A DNA stretch of 64,000 nt from positions 15,874,001 through 15,938,000 of the forward strand of contig NC_087245.1 in assembly GCF_037042905.1 (NCBI RefSeq). The letters run 5' to 3'. Below are positions 1 through 13,919 of this stretch, one piece after another (the stretch's first letter is position 1; each line of letters starts with the position of its first letter). Source of the stretch: Lytechinus pictus (taxonomy: Eukaryota). The position numbers and the translations under genes were made by a program. The notes below the pieces were generated by a model. That model was not told the DNA's origin. It was given only the letters and a program-made list of their open reading frames with translations, and did no database searches.

Positions 1-302
1 AGTACAACTTTTTCAAAGATACATACTCTGTGGCTGACGATAAAACATTAACCCTGGATAACAGATTCTGGCTTGCACGCGCACAATGTTATGTACGTTT
101 TCCACTCCCTGTGGAGCATTACAGAGCTTCTTTCCTCTAATGATATAGGCATACACTACATCGGGTTCCCAGTATAACCGGATAGAGAATGACAAAACGT
201 GAAATCATGCCTTGCCAAGAGACACAGCAGTGCTATAGTGGGATTCGATCACATGACCCCCTGGCTACAAGTTGAGATCCATGACCACTACATCACGACG
301 AA
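1..302 (-). mobile_element. tRNA-derived SINE (family A), diverged
   Basis: The reverse strand shows a tRNA-like head (CGTCGTGATGTAGTGG...GATCGAATCCC) followed by CTTGGCAAGGC and the core AATGCTCCACAGGGAGTGGAAA. These parts are shared with 32159-32347 and 45069-45265. Confidence 0.7.
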
Positions 303-2097
303 CGCTTGTAGTTTAATTAAAAAAAATGAAATTTCCTTTATAAGAATGCAAATGCAAGGAAAATGTGAATTTCAAAATGTTTTCTTTCATGATCTATATA
401 ATGTTTTACTTGAATCCCAGTATTTGGAAAATAATAAGCTCAGGTTCATTTGAATAATTTATCTATAATGCTGTTAAAGTTACTATTCGACAAAAATCTC
501 CCTTTATACACAATTTAAAACCATTTGAATAAAAATAAGCTCTAACTTATTCAGGACGTAAAGTTAGCTAGTAAATGGACAATAATTGAAAGAGGGAGGC
601 AAGGTTTTGATTTACATCCCAAAATAACAACAACACTGTCATATTTTGTTATAATATTTTATTTACGTCACGCTTGTAACATCGCCCCTGAAAATAATCG
701 ACTACAATACTATTAAGATGTCCAATAAATGCGAACCTTCCAATCGGGTCTGTTTGACGCCGAGCATCTCGAAGCCGTTTCAGCCGACCGACCCGGGCAG
801 AAAATGACACAAACACCCTCAAGCCAGTAAACTAATCGAGCTCGGGTTCATGACAGTTAATTCTTTTAAAGGGAGTTAACTGCTAGAAGACGCTATCGAG
901 TTGCAATACACAATCATAATTATGTTGGAAAATTGTTTAGAAATGCGCAATCCTCCGAATATGTTATATAAAGAAATCTCATTTCGTTTCAACTGATATA
1001 TTATTTTTACCTGCTTTCACCTTTCTGACATGCTTCGGATTAATATTAGCGTGTCTACATGATTATGTTATCCGTGATTAGCTGACACTTGTGATTTTTT
1101 CTAAAATAATTTTGCACAAACCTAATTAAATTTCAGAAGATGGAACGAAGTGTATTTACACAGCACCGCTTGAATGACTCACAAAAGAATATAACTCAGA
1201 AGAATATTTTTTGAACAAAAAGGAAACGAAAATACGGAATGGGGTTGGGAAGAAACCTCTTTGAAAAAAATAATACAAATAGGATAGATATTATAAAGGA
1301 TAATTAGCATCTTACATAACGTACATGTATGTATTATTCTTAGAATTTAGCTCTTATAACTCAAGTTATGAAAAATAGGGAATGGAATAAAATAGACAAT
1401 TCAGGGAACGTAGAAAGCCAATAAATCAGAGACATGGACATACTGTATCCAACAGGAAAAAAGTTGAACACAACGAAATCAAGAATGAACGAATGAATGA
1501 TTATGTAGTATACAAGCATGCCATGAATTATAAATTCATTATTACATTCCGAAAATGTGGCCACTGCTAGGGCACTTCCTCTTATTTAAAAAAAAATAAA
1601 TGTTTATTTGCGGTATGGAGGTTGTGTACTATTAAGTATTAATCGACATAGCATGAAAATAATATTCACAAGAATCTTTTTATAAATGATATGACGAATT
1701 TCAGTCTAAAAACCCTCCTTATATTTCTCATATTGTTGACAATATACGTTGAACCATGTAGAGTCAAATAAACTGATGTGTCACGTCCTAATTAAGAGAA
1801 ATATCATCACCGTCACCCCAATTAAATCAATAATTTGAGAATATTAAAAAAAACTTATACTTGAAGTTCCATTAAAACCTTATAAAAGAAAATTGAAAAT
1901 TTCCAACCAAGAAAATTACTCATATAATGTATAATTCAAATCCTAAACAGAATCAATCCGGACGCTGGTTTCGACAAGTTAATCAGCAGAAAATTATATT
2001 TAAAGCGATCGGTAATGTCAGGCTTCAAAATTCCAAAACGATCAAAGCTCCAAACATGTCAAAAGATTTACGGTTAAGACAAGTATAATTCGCTTAC

Positions 2098-2280
2098 CCT
2101 GTCAAATTACGGCAACTTTGGTTTTATCGATGGTTCGTGCCAGCGAAGATGTCGAACGTATAAGTTGGGAGGAAAAGATCGAGCTCAAAATGATTTCTTC
2201 TCTGGGACACCGTCTTCGGCTAGAAAGACCAATTTACTCCAAGCGAAATCTGACTTTCGACTCTCTCCATCGCTAACTAG
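2098..2280 (-). other. Candidate non-coding first exon (5'UTR) of a minus-strand gene
   Basis: Donor ACAGG|GTAAGC at 2098/2097. Inr-like CTAGTT near 2278. CpG-rich, repeat-free sequence. All three frames of 2098-2219 are closed. Confidence 0.35.
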
Positions 2281-2400
2281 GCGATGAGAGCAGACAGCGA
2301 TTGCCTTTCCCCCTATCGTCTCCTTCTTTGATCGCGATCACAGAGCTTAATGAACAAAAATAAGCGCGCAATTGAGTGGACGCATGCGTATAAGAATACG
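2281..2400 (-). promoter_or_regulatory. Putative CpG-rich proximal promoter
   Basis: Palindromes GATCGCGATC and ACGCATGCGT (NRF1-like) plus GCGCGC lie directly upstream of the candidate exon. Confidence 0.25.
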
Positions 2401-3396
2401 AAGCAAGTTAGACTCCCATTTTGTTTTCCCCCTTCCTACTTCGATTTCCTGCATGACATTATCAAATCGGCAAAGAGATATTTGGCGCGTTTGAGGGTGC
2501 AATTTAATTTGAGATGAGCAGGCGCAAACTATGACTTATACCCGAAGTCAAGAATGGCTAGATCGTAGAGTTGTGTTACACGGCTTTTAACTTCTGTCTA
2601 GATTTATTTATGAAATCCAGCCACTTGGAGCTGAAATCAAACATTACCTTTTAGCCTCCTGTTAAACATGAACATGTCGATTGATACCCAACGAGTCAAT
2701 AGCAGCGTTAGCCCATATTCTTTTTTTTTTTTTTTAAGTTTAGACAAGTAGGTGTACAGAAACTATTATGAATATTGTCTGGTGTTTGAAAAAACTGTAG
2801 GTCAAGTTAATGACAATTTTGAACATGTATATATTACGATTACATAAAAAGATCAACATAGCATTGTGCATAATCATAAGACGCCTTAACCTTTCAAACA
2901 ATAAAATTTCAACACATTTTTTGTTTAATCCCGAAATGGTAAAATAACAAAAATAAAAACAAATTCTGGGCACTTGTCCATGCCATATCAGAAATTAAAC
3001 AAGATGTTTTAGAGCTGTAGCAAAGATAGGACAGAACGAAAAATCGATATACTGTTAACTAAAACAAACAAACAAAACACGAAATGGCGAAATATGTGTC
3101 GAGTTTGCTCTTGATTTATATCAGTTCCAAAGGATGAATATTCATAGGAAAGGTAATATTTAATTCATTAGATGTTGCTTCCACTTCATACCGTTGGGAG
3201 ATGACAGTTAGCATCGATCTTTTCATGACAAGATCGCACAGACTATCAGCCGTTTACTTGAACGAAAGAAAATGGGAATGGCGGAAAAATATGCAAAAGC
3301 AGGAGAAATAAAGGGGTTACCATAATTAAAATCAATGACTGTGACGAGAAGAATGTTATAACATTATCAAACATGTCAAAGGCTTTATTTGACAGA

Positions 3397-3915
3397 CCGG
3401 GGGCTGATTCAGCAACCCCCCCCCCCCTGCCTCCCACATACATTTCTCGCGATAAATTTTAAACGCATGACGCTCTCGGCACTATGCGCTAATATGTCTT
3501 TTTTCGCGCTTCTTTTGATACAAAATTTGCAACACCCAGGTACCCGGTTCCGATATTATTGATTTTGGATAAATATGACAGGCGGAAGATTGCTTAAAAT
3601 ATGTAATTTCACGTCGGCCTTCAAATCCTATATAATGCCAAGCTAAAATCCTCAATTGTATAATTCCTTTGTTTTATTGATCAAAATCACGTTTTATGTT
3701 TTTTGTGATCATTACAGTGCTGTCGAAGATATCTGCGAAAAACAAAAAAATTAAGCAATCAAAAGCACTCAAATAAAGAAATATTTAAGAATTAGATCAC
3801 GAACAGCGTATGTGCCAAATTTTATTGCGATTATGCGGTCAATATGCAGCTGAGTTCGGGGGGGGGGGGTGGTGACCCCCAGATTTAAACGTCAAAGTAG
3901 CACCGATTTTTAGGG
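3397..3915. mobile_element. Degenerate poly-G/C non-autonomous DNA transposon
   Basis: CCGGGGGCTGATTCAGC plus a C-run at the left end and a G-run near the right end. Termini are eroded. Confidence 0.4.
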
Positions 3916-6900
3916 GCACTGTTAAAATGTTTATCTCTTTTCTCCCTTGCCATGTATACAGAGACACTGAGCAGTAGCCAATAAATGATAATATATATTT
4001 TGTACTTGCTTTTAAACAATGGGAAATGTTTTCCCGCAATTATCGCTTAAATTTTGCCCAACTTATGGTATGGTACTGCACACAGTTTAGAATAGTGGTG
4101 AATTTTTTTAGTAAATGTTATGTGGACAATATGTTTTTTGTATATGAGTGTGAGTAGTATAATTCAGCAACATCGACAGAAAAAAATTCTCAATAGGAAT
4201 AATTGGAAATTAGTTTGGAACCATGCAATGCGAATTGTTTTGAATAAAAAATATTCGGAAAACATGCGTCGCATTCTTTACGGCTTCTCATTTCATCTAT
4301 ATAGAAATAGATGAAAATTTTGTCATTCTCTCGATGGGGAATGTTGCAGTAGAAACAGTGAAGCAATAATTAATCGTTATGTTTCCATCACATGAGGTTG
4401 GTACAGATAACAGACTCCACATTCAGGTAGTGTTCATTCATTGAGTTCATCGTCCGAATAAGCAGAAGAAGTGATTTGTGACGTAATTATTGTGGTATGA
4501 ATATTTCAGCTATCTCATTAAAGCACACCTCCATTCATTTCATGGTATTCGAGAAGAAGGTAATGAATATTATGACGGAGGATCCGGTCGACAATTATGG
4601 AATAGTGCATTTGCGAGCGAAAAGGTATATGGGTTGGGCTATTAAAGGCAAATCGTGTGCCGTTCTCAACTCGAACATAATATAGCGACCAAACCTACCA
4701 CTTAACATCAAGCGCAATTTCATTCTCAACCAACCAAAGACGGGGATATATGATTTCCATTTTATTTTGCTTCTTTTTAATTTAGTTGTTTAAATCATTT
4801 TTCCCATTAAACCATTGCAATGGGACTTGGAATGTCATAAGTTAAATGATTTTTTTCCTTTTGTTTAATTTCTCAATCAAAAAGAAATAGACAGGGGAGA
4901 GGGTCGTTTAATTTCTGTACATAATCTGCATATCCCTTCATCAGAATGCATATACCAACGCTTTTCTTTTTGTGTATTTCTTAAATAATAGTTTGCTACC
5001 ACACGGATTAAAAACAAAACTTACAAGAAATTCAGTATTGTGAGAGGAAAACATGCGGATTTTGATTCAGCGGACTTCATTGCTTCTCAAATACCTTGTA
5101 TGTCAGAAATATTTCATAATAAAATGTAAAGATGACCGCGATGTCACGCATGGTCCGTGTATTGATATTTTTATAATTCAGGTTCTCATTTTGGCAGCCA
5201 TTCAAATCGAGATTTTCTCAGATGATAAATAGCAACCGATGCGATTTAATCTAACGTGCTTCGTTTAGGCTTGGTAAAACCATGAATCCCTGGGTGTACA
5301 AAAGCTGATAATCTAGCTTGCTTGCAGTGGTAACATAACAACAATCACCTGATTATTTTTAATCCGCAATATTGAGTTTTGCAAATCCCTATAATGTAAA
5401 TGATGGAACTATTGTTTTATGAGTTATATGAATAAAACAACAATACAGTCATTAGTATAGCCCTTTTCAAGCCGTCTCAAACAAATGCAGTCTCACACGC
5501 ACACACAGGCACAAACTTGGCGTTAGCAACCCTTTGATATTGTGTGCACTGTGGTTATGGTAAAGGTGCCAATTCTTGTTTGAGTAAAAAGAAACCCTTT
5601 TAATAGGAAAACAGGATATTTTTCCAGTCAAATGTTGCTTTCAAAGGAAAATGCCCCGAAGCGTTCACATAACCATAATAACCATGACGGACAAGAGTCT
5701 AATTGGTTAGGTACCTTTGTCTAAAAAAGGTAATTACTTTCCGATTGGTATTTTTCTTCCATATAAAGTACACCTGCAATTCTCATAAAATATTCGCTTC
5801 TCTTACGAGGGTCTCAAATCACGGAAATCTAGCGACGTTGTTTCTATCTGATTATTCATGCAGTGACTCACATGAATTGAAATCAACATAAAGATGTTGT
5901 TGACATTCGCAGGCAAAAACCTTCAAACGAGGGGTAAACTGGTTAAATAAAAAATTGATAAAAAGAGAATTGTGAAAATCACTGATTGAAATGGAATATG
6001 AGTTTGTCTTGTCTCGAAAAATTAAATAATAGGCCTACTAGAAAATGATATTTTAAAGGAAAAAGTGGTGAATTTGAGTAATGGCCACAGCAATGAAAAT
6101 AATGGCTGAGTACATGCATGCGATTCTGAAAATCAAGTTTATTTTATAGTTTGGTTTGCTAAATTCCATACTTTTCACGACCGAAGGGGTAAATTCCTGT
6201 CTAATCAATAAAATAATCCCTTTATTTTGAGGTTTATTTAGATACCTGTCCGTGGTAAGGTGGTTTAATCACCGTACTTCCCACCTCGCCTTCAAAAACA
6301 TAAAATCAAAGTCGTTTGTCTATGCGTCACGGATTCCAATAAATTTTCGCGCTTTCCCCCTTCCCCATTGATTTCTCAGCATGGCGCTTTCTATAAACGG
6401 AGGCCAAATCGACTAAAATGCTTTCGACACGGCCGTTTGCACGCCAGGTCCCCCCGACAAAATATAGGAAATACCAAGCCTAAGAAGCGATGAAAAATGA
6501 GGAAGAATCAGCAGCCTTTGACAAGCATCATTAGCCTAATCTTCCTTTCACACGCCTTATTTGACATGGTCGAGCAATAAAGGTACGTTTTTATCGTGGA
6601 GTTGTTCTTAACCCTTCGTGAGCCATGCATGGTAAGTGTGTATGCAGATTCTAAAGCACTGCCCTTTCCATGTTCGATCTAGCGCAGCTGATGGTCCTCC
6701 CTTTAGTCCTTCTCCCCTTTATTGAAAGGTTTGGGTCTTTCTTTTTCTTTTCTTTTAAATGATGAATTAAAAACCTATAATCAAAGTGCGAGAGCTTTAA
6801 AATCTTTATCAAAATCATTACCGGGCTAGCAGTAAACATGACACACGCAAGGGAAAACAAAAACAAGAAAGTCAACAAATAGTTACCGCGATGAAATCAA

Positions 6901-7852
6901 AGGTTTCATACAGAAGTGCTATGTTGGACATTATTCCAAGGGATGAAAATTGAAACACCCAACGCCAGAATGAAATAGAATTTGAATCATGAAAATTACT
7001 TTCCAATTATTATTATTGTTTTCATCTGTATCGCTATTAGCTACTAAAATCGGGGAATACCTTTTTGATATTAAGCAATAATGCAAAAAAAAAAGCGGTA
7101 CATTACTTGAGATACATCTACGGTTTAGATTTATGTATGATCTGTATGAAGTTATAAACACATTCTATAAATTGCCTTGTCGTTTTTTACGTGTTTACAG
7201 CGAAATTCTCCGTAACGTGGAGCTGTGGTTAAGATGCGATAACAGGTAGTGATCGTAACCCATCGCCGCCCGTCTCAGTACAACTATGAGTTGGGAGCAT
7301 AGTGACTGCAGAGATGATAAAGTCAATGGGTCGGATCTCAAGTCAGGCTCTATGCTGCCTGCTGTGAGAAGATCGAAGCAACGTCTGCTATTTCAGCAAA
7401 AGAAATTGCATAAAATGATATGTTTTTTTTTCTCTAAATCATTTTCACACGTAATTATGCAAACCAAAAGGTAATGCTAATGAAACACATGGAGTAAAGG
7501 TATAGAAATTCATTCGATATCATGGGCAGTAGTGTTCTATGTAGAAAATATGAAGACATTTTCAATCCGATACGTGTCGATTTTCTTGCTTATGTAATCA
7601 CACTGTTAACGATTTAATATTTCTGACCGTTCGTTCCCCTCTTAAGGTGATTTCGCAAAATGGTTTGTTTACATGGTTTGATGTCTAATTACGTCTCCTT
7701 GATTCAAATTGAGGGTAAAACACAAATGATTACATAACAATAACAACTTATAACCCGACCCACTCATACAAATCTACACCATGTTTGGTTAAAGCTTGAT
7801 CATGATGGGTGTGATGAATGTCTGGTGAATGCCTTAATTCACTTAAGAGTCA

Positions 7853-8734
7853 GGCTGGGTTCACATAGAAGTATACTATTCGGGTATACGGTGCACGTTT
7901 TCGAGGGCACGCGAATAGCTTGAATCGAACAATAGGATTTCCTAATACCGGGTCACATGAGAGGGCACTATACGAAAATACCGCATAGCTGCGTATAGTA
8001 TAGTATAGTAGGAATCGTACTTGTTCGATTTTCGTGCAGCGTATACAGACGTGGCAGGTGGTGTTCTGAATTTCCCTATAATATTTACTGTGTGCGTTGG
8101 TTAAATGAGGTAAGTTCAAATGAAATGATTTCTTGGTACTCATTTTATTGGAATTTCTTAGCACATGCCGTCATATTTAAGTTATCCAGCACTTCAGAGT
8201 TTATCTCATGCACATGCTGTATGATTTATGTGGGCTCTGCATTTTTCGCTCTGTCTTTTTTTACCTTGAAATGACTGAAGATACAAGGTCAAAAAGGTCC
8301 GCAGCGAAGGCTACTTGAGCTATGTTGTTGTGTATCGCTGAGTCATGTTTAATTAATTACTTAATTATTCTTATAATAAGTCGATAATAATGTGGAAATA
8401 GATTTCATTCAAGAAAATATTGTTTATAATGATTTATTTATTATTTCACTTTTGCTATGATTTCACAGAGCTGGGATGGGGGAGTAGAATCAAGCTCCCC
8501 CCCTAAAAATGACGTCATCAAAGCAAAAATAGGAATGATTGATAAAATCAATTAGGCTGATACAGGTTTGAAATCTTAAAAGAAGAGCCAAATCTTCTTC
8601 GTCTGAAGTATCCATTTTGAATATTAAAGTAGGACACGCGTGCTACCTTTATGTGACCCGCCATGCCCGTATAGCGTATAGCGAATAGCGAATAGAGAAT
8701 ACCGTATACCGTATACTTCTATGTGAACGCAGCC
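7853..8734. mobile_element. PIF/Harbinger-like non-autonomous element
   Basis: TIRs GGCTGGGTTCACATAGAAGTATAC / GTATACTTCTATGTGAACGCAGCC (1 mismatch). 7-bp subterminal repeats (CGTATAG/CGAATAG) at ~8657-8716. Confidence 0.8.
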
Positions 8735-8794
8735 TACTGATCACAGGCATCTATACGAATAACTGCGAACAGTAAATCTGAAATAAAATGAATT

Positions 8795-9018
8795 CACTCT
8801 AAAAAACACTGAGTAAAATTTTACCCAATATTGGGTAGAAAGGGAAAATGCTTGTTTGCTGGGTATTTTTGTTACCCTCATATTGGGCAAAATGCATGTT
8901 TAAACCGTAAATTTCAACGCAACATTGCGTAAAATTGACAAAATATTTGGTATCTTTTTACCCACCAACATGCACGTTCCCATTTTACCCAATATAGGGT
9001 AAACCTATTTTTAGAGTG
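8795..9018 (+). mobile_element. CACTCT-terminated MITE (copy 1)
   Basis: TIR CACTCTAAAAA / TTTTTAGAGTG, with internal TTTACCCAATATTGGGTA palindromes. A second copy is inverted at 42838-43056. Confidence 0.85.
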
Positions 9019-9742
9019 TAATAAGACAAGGAAAGTGCATCTTTCTACGGACGATACTTCGGCTTTAATCTCCAACATCAACAGTATCGGGTGGGTTAAG
9101 GGGATGTCATTCCCGATGTGATCAGACAAAAATCAATCGGAATTGAGACGATTATAGGAACGATTTTTATCTTGAGACAGACGAGCCCGTCCTCCATCGT
9201 CTCACATCTCGACAAGAAAACTAGGCTTCGATGTCTTTCTTTATCTTGATTGGCTAAGAAGGGGAGGGGTATTGAATTCAGAGGTATAGTGGACTAGTCT
9301 TGTCGCTGAGAATGTTATCCTGTAAGACGAGATAAAGTTTCACGATTTTATCTCTGGAATCACTTGAGACAGAAACAAACTTTCAACCTTGCATTAACGA
9401 CGAAAGTTTCACGAAGTGAAATGATCTTAATCAACTTATCATTATCACATGATCATGGTTAGCTTATGTAATGACAACCTTGCTTGAAAAGAGACGATGA
9501 ACCATCTTTATTTGTGGGGCATCAACCTGTGAACACATTAGCTAATGTACAAAAAGGAATGAAAGTTTGTCCATCTAACGAACTGTATTTGATGATACTT
9601 TCAGAATCTTGGTATCCCCGTGCAGGTTATTAACATTGTTAGAAGATGTTATGGAAGGGAATGACAACATATTTTGATTATCCATGATACAATCATCCAG
9701 AACGTTAAGGGGACAAACGTTATCCGTCATTGCCATAGTATA

Positions 9743-10216
9743 TAGAGAGTTTTCGCATTTGCTACGGAGCCGCTCTCTACAACACACACATTCCTTTAAA
9801 AATGTAATCAAAATCACAATAGAGAGCTGAGAGGTTTTGGTCGAAAGTTGGTGGACCAGGGTGGTGTTTCATAAAGCTGTTCGTAAAGGTACGCACAACT
9901 TTACGCACGACTGAAACATGTTCTTAGGTGCTAAATCAGTTACATAGGGAGATCGTATAGTACAAGAAAGGGTCACCAGTATACATGAGGTCATTCGTAA
10001 CTTACGAACATCTTTATGAAACGGGTCAGCCGATCATCCGAATATTTGCACCGGACGAACAATTGCAAAAATGTGGTTTTCCAGAGTTAAGAGATTCCGC
10101 TGCTGTCCTGGTCCACCAACTTTCGACAAAAGCCTTTCAGCTCTCCATTGTGATTTGACTTGCATTTTTAATGGAATTGGTGCGTTGTAGACAGTGGCTC
10201 CGTAGTAAACTCTCTA
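9743..10216. mobile_element. Long-TIR (foldback-like) MITE interrupted by a nested MITE
   Basis: 9743-9860 and 10107-10216 are ~110-bp imperfect inverted repeats (e.g. TCGAAAGTTGGTGGACCAGG / CCTGGTCCACCAACTTTCGA). Confidence 0.8.
9859..10027. mobile_element. Nested MITE (Harbinger/Tourist-like)
   Basis: TIR GTTTCATAAAGCTGTTCGTAA / TTACGAACATCTTTATGAAAC. Confidence 0.75.
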
Positions 10217-10751
10217 ATGTAAGTGATGGAGCGACATCGTCTTTACACTATAGCCATGCAGTCTACTCTGTACGATTTCAGCATGTTACAAGTCTCCGTC
10301 ACAATTATATTTCTGTAAGCTATAAATAAATCAAATATTTTCTGTCTATCATTCATTGCGTATGATATCCCGATAAATGAAGACAAAATGGTCTACTTAG
10401 TAATGAAATCTATTCTTAATATATATATATTTACACGGTAACTCTGGTTTTTCTAATTTGTGCTAATTTCGTAAATAATAGTAAATACAAACTTCGTCAT
10501 ATTAAAAAAGAAAACGTAGGCCTTTAAGATTTTAAATGGAATTTGAATGTACGTTGAAATGTAACATTCATAGATTTGGTGTTCAACCTAACCATCAGGC
10601 TGGTTAATAATTTTACCTACTAACTAAATGTTTTTTCTTTCAAACCAGATCTTTTTGCATTTTTTAGGAATGTGAAAAGACCACAGGTCTACTAAGAGCG
10701 TCTTTAAATGAAATCCTGATTAAAGTGCGTTTCTTAACCATATTTAACTTT

Positions 10752-10980
10752 CACTCTCTATTGCAGGGATTAAAGATACATCCTAATAGACTGTACCTAG
10801 GGACCATTCAAATTCTAGATTTAGTTTGAATCCAAAATATTTAGTTTTCGATTCCGAGGCTTTTAAAATGGAAAACCTTCGAGATTTAAATCTATAGTAT
10901 TCAAACTAAATCCATAATATTTGATTGGTCCTGATTTAGAATCTATCTGGACTTATTTTAAATTCCTGCAATTTAGAGTG
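10752..10980. mobile_element. Palindromic CACTCT-terminated MITE with TT flanks
   Basis: Termini CACTCT..ATTGCAGG / CCTGCAAT..AGAGTG. Inner inverted repeat GATTTAGTTTGAAT / ATTCAAACTAAATC. TT on both sides. Confidence 0.75.
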
Positions 10981-11505
10981 TTGGTACCCCAGAATCAATG
11001 TTATATGAGTGTTTTAACCGTTATGATCTTTGGTTAATAAATACACATTCTACTGCTTTAATTTTGTTCTAGTCAACACTCTGAAGGCCCATATGACAAC
11101 CAACATAATATTTTTTAGAACTGTAGAACGTATCATTGACCGGTATTGTTCAGAGAGACGCAGACAGGTCTGTGTAATATTGAATGAAATTCAAGTCCCT
11201 GGTTGGTTTTTGGTATCGGATTAGGGATGCGAGTTGAGTGTGATAAGAAGGCAAACGACTGTTTAACATACAAACTGGCAGGAAGCCTTTACGGGATTGA
11301 TTTTCCTTTGCGTTCTCTTGATCATCCAAGAGGGCCTGGTGTACATGAATACCACCGGGTTTCTGTCCCCAACGCGATATGAGCCGCATAAATGGGTCAG
11401 CACCCTGCTTTGACAGTATTCTCCATTAAATGGGGTCCGTGTCATAATTGCCCCGATTTCAATCATCCCACGTTTCACGTAGCCCCACCCTACACCCTAC
11501 TTTAA

Positions 11506-12100
11506 AGGGGAATCCAGCCTTGGCCATTAAATGTTGTGTTGGGAAGGAGAAAAATAAATGAAACAGAATGGTGAAAGTTTGAAAAAAATCGGAAAAACAA
11601 TAAGAAAGTTATAGCTGCTTTAAAATTGAGATCACTAATACTATGTAGATTTCAAATTGGCAACTGGGTAAGTAAATTATGACACGGGGCAAGGACAACT
11701 TTCCCATAGGCCATGTACTTTATTATCAGGGATTTGTGGTTTTCTCCTAAGTGCCCATTCCCCTGGGGCAGTAATATAAATATAACCCAGGTAGTATATT
11801 GTTTTATGTCCTCATGAAAGAAAAATATAATTTGAAATAAAACTTTGGGGAAAAATTACATTTTAGCCATAATATGTATCGGAGTACATGGAAGAGTAGT
11901 CCTTGCCTGACATCACTATGACATCCCATATGTGGCCAATTTGAAGTCTCCATGGGTATAGTGATTACCAATATTTACAACTTTTAAAAATTCATAACTT
12001 TTTTGTTGTTTGTCCAATATTGTCCAAACTTTCACCTATCAACTTGTCTGATTTTTATTTTCCTTATAAAAACAAGTTTTTATTTGGGTTGCATTTCCCT
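11506..12100. mobile_element. Kolobok-like non-autonomous DNA transposon
   Basis: TTAA at 11502-11505 and 12101-12104. Termini AGGGGAAT.. / ..ATTTCCCT. Subterminal inverted motifs GGTGAAAGTTT/AAACTTTCACC and AAAGTTAT/ATAACTTT. Confidence 0.85.
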
Positions 12101-12369
12101 TTAATACCCATTCCCTTCGTCCGCTTCCTTTCAAGAATTCGCATGTCCCCCCCCCCTATGCTTGATATTGCTATAGTCGCACCTACTAAACGCCGTTCGA
12201 GATAACACCATATTTCTGAAGTGTCTGGAGCCGGTTTCATTTTGTATGTCTGAAGCACATATCTGTTCCCTTATAATATACCCCTTCCCTTCACACCTCC
12301 CTGTCATTACCCCTCCCCTCCTTTTTTCTCATCCATACTCTTTCTCCAAAACTAATTTTACGCTACACC

Positions 12370-12463
12370 CACACCAAATAAACCTACACGAAACCGAACG
12401 ATGGTATGTCATTTGAAATAACGAAACAGCGTTAGTTGGTCCGAGACTGGTTTCGTTGGTGTG
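12370..12463. mobile_element. Small MITE remnant (related to 41801-41897)
   Basis: Inverted ends CACACCAA..AAACC / GGTTTCGTTGGTGTG. Confidence 0.4.
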
Positions 12464-13715
12464 AGTGGAGCACGAGAGCATTATATAATTTTTATTCTCT
12501 TCGACATATTTGCGTTTTCCTCACCCTGTGTCAGAATTTGAAGAAAGCAAAGGTATGGCTCTTGAATGTTACAAGTCATCCATCTTGTCTATAGTACCAA
12601 AACCATGTAGATTCATGATCATAACTGCTATCCCTTTTCGTTCAGAATCATCATAATCATCAACCCTTCCTCGCTACCCCCTCTCTATCTCCATCGCTGT
12701 GTCTGTGTTTGTCTTTCTGTCTCTCCTCCCTTCTCTCTCTTGCCAAATTCATCATTCAATAAAAAATATCCATTCCCATTCAGCAGAAGCTACCCCTAAC
12801 AAGCTCATGTACCCCAAATAGTCATGGGGTTTCTAGAACAATCAATACTACCTAAAAATTCCCGTTTAACTTCTAGACCTCATTTGTCCTCTAGGCAAAC
12901 TGATCGCTGACTCTGTCTCTAATACAGTATAAATAAAAATGTATGTAATGTCTACCAAGTGAATACAACAAAATTAACTGATGATCTACCGTATATTGGT
13001 ATTTGACTAAATATATATATTTTTTGTCTGAGGTGAAGATGGATAAAGATATGATAGAATAATAAAATAATGAATCTATTTTGACTCTTCAATACCTACA
13101 AACCATTATTACTATGACTCCTGCTACTACTATTTTTGCCATTATATATTTTTACGACTGATGAATATGAATTCATGATACCAGTAGTAATAATAATGAT
13201 AATATTGATGAAAGTATTAAATATGAATGATGATAATAATGACAATACTACTATAGCTATCTGGTAAGATTTTGTAAAGTGGAACCGAGTTAAAAGAGTT
13301 TAGTTCTCAATCGACAGACCATTCCTTTCAGATATTTGTGGGCTCTTTTCACAAAGATCAGGTTACGGGACTCCTCGATCCGATGCAATTGCGTAATAGT
13401 TCGGAAATGCTTCAATCAGTGCTGCAGAATCTAAAGTAGATATGAATGTCGTGACTCCCCCTCCGCTCCGCTTTCCCTCTCGTTTCCTCCTCATATTTCC
13501 CTCCCTTCTCCGCTCTATTTTCCACCACCCAACTCTTCTTCTCCGGCCTGACCTCTCCCATTTCCCTTCCACTTTTCCCTCTTCTGTCCTTCAGACGATT
13601 CAACGTGACGCTTCTCTCTCCTCAACCCCCTCCCCCCTTACACACTCTCCGACCGCATAGCTAACCAAATCCCCTCTTTACCAACATTTTGTTTCCTCTG
13701 AAAGATAGCGCCATC

Positions 13716-13919
13716 CACTGGCGGATTCAAAGTAAAATTTGTAATGTAAAAATGCCGTTAAAACAGCAGTTTGCCCCCTCCCCTTTGAAAGTGAAGACCT
13801 TTTTTTTTGGCTTGTCCGATTTTTTCGTGGACGAAATGTTCTTATTTTTTGTTGAATACCTTTTTCCTCGGGAAAATGTGCCCCCCCCCCCCCTTTGGAA
13901 AATCCTGGATCCGCCCCTG
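13716..13919. mobile_element. hAT-type poly-C MITE
   Basis: Termini CACTGGCGGATTC / GGATCCGCCCCTG. 8-bp TSD GCGCCATC / GCGCCAAC. Homologous to 22533-22829. Confidence 0.8.

Noticed and set aside
9095..9365. Possible old palindromic MITE (CGACAAGA / TCTTGTCG inverted motifs)
   Set aside because: It is too degenerate to define termini or a TSD.
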